Source of the DNA: Paramoeba atlantica
Lineage: Eukaryota > Protista > Discosea
DNA: 47,806 nucleotides
Assembly (NCBI GenBank): GCA_977017575.1
Contig: CDRNVI010000186.1
Location: 1-47,806, forward strand
Reading direction: 5' to 3'
Under the pieces are notes generated by a model that ran no database searches, had not been told where the DNA came from, and was given only the letters and a program-made list of their open reading frames with translations. The position numbers and the translations under genes were made by a program. Below, one piece after another: positions 47,692 to 47,806 of the stretch; the first letter of the stretch is position 1, and each line of letters opens with the position of its first letter.

Positions 47692-47806
47692 TTATTCGAT
47701 ACAGAAAAATTAATTCTCGAATCTGGAGCTTCTGTCTCTCTCATCAAAGGAGAAGACGAAAAAAAAGAATTAATGAAAAAATTAATGAGTCATGGTGCAC
47801 TCACTC
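45039..47806 (+). CDS. Calponin-homology domain plus coiled-coil protein, 3' partial
   Basis: Splicing exon 1 (LDWAKKIVRSHYDHSLPVDSFSPEEWA) to the exon at ~45745 (DGMILMYLVHSVHP...LDRLKIVFDEIENVLQIETPL) gives a type-2 CH-like pattern (W...Y...F...W.DG...LVH..P). Later exons are heptad-rich; the gene runs off the window. Confidence 0.7.
45362..45545. repeat. Intronic minisatellite, ~20-25-bp unit
   Basis: About 7 degenerate copies of TTTTGTTGGTAAAAGAATGAATTTG. Confidence 0.7.
46610..46905 (+). repeat. Long CT-rich polypyrimidine microsatellite within an intron
   Basis: About 300 bp composed almost entirely of C and T. Confidence 0.85.

Overview
This window is the left end of a eukaryotic chromosome. 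The organism is an AT-rich, intron-dense protist using the standard genetic code; an amoebozoan is plausible from gene content, but that is inference. Order from the end: about 886 bp of (CCCTAAA)n telomere (TTTAGGG type); a spliced TET/JBP-like 2OG-Fe(II) dioxygenase-fold gene with non-canonical catalytic residues; a ~178-bp tandem array with higher-order structure; a decayed Sola-like DNA transposase and PH-like pseudo-exons inside a zone almost free of CpG; and a one-repeat-per-exon ankyrin gene. From about 14.2 kb the genes are compact and intact: secreted Cys-rich protein, LRR protein, cyclophilin, inactive rhomboid, RCC1-RasGEF, a ~43-exon CLU-TPR-RA-MOB-ANK-PH-PH gene carrying an intronic tRNA-Pro, an intronless divergent eEF2, and a CH/coiled-coil gene cut by the window end. 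Gene models were spliced by hand using GT-AG junctions, and domain calls come from motif recognition, not database searches. Most short F/K/E-rich ORFs in the supplied track are artefacts of low-complexity introns.
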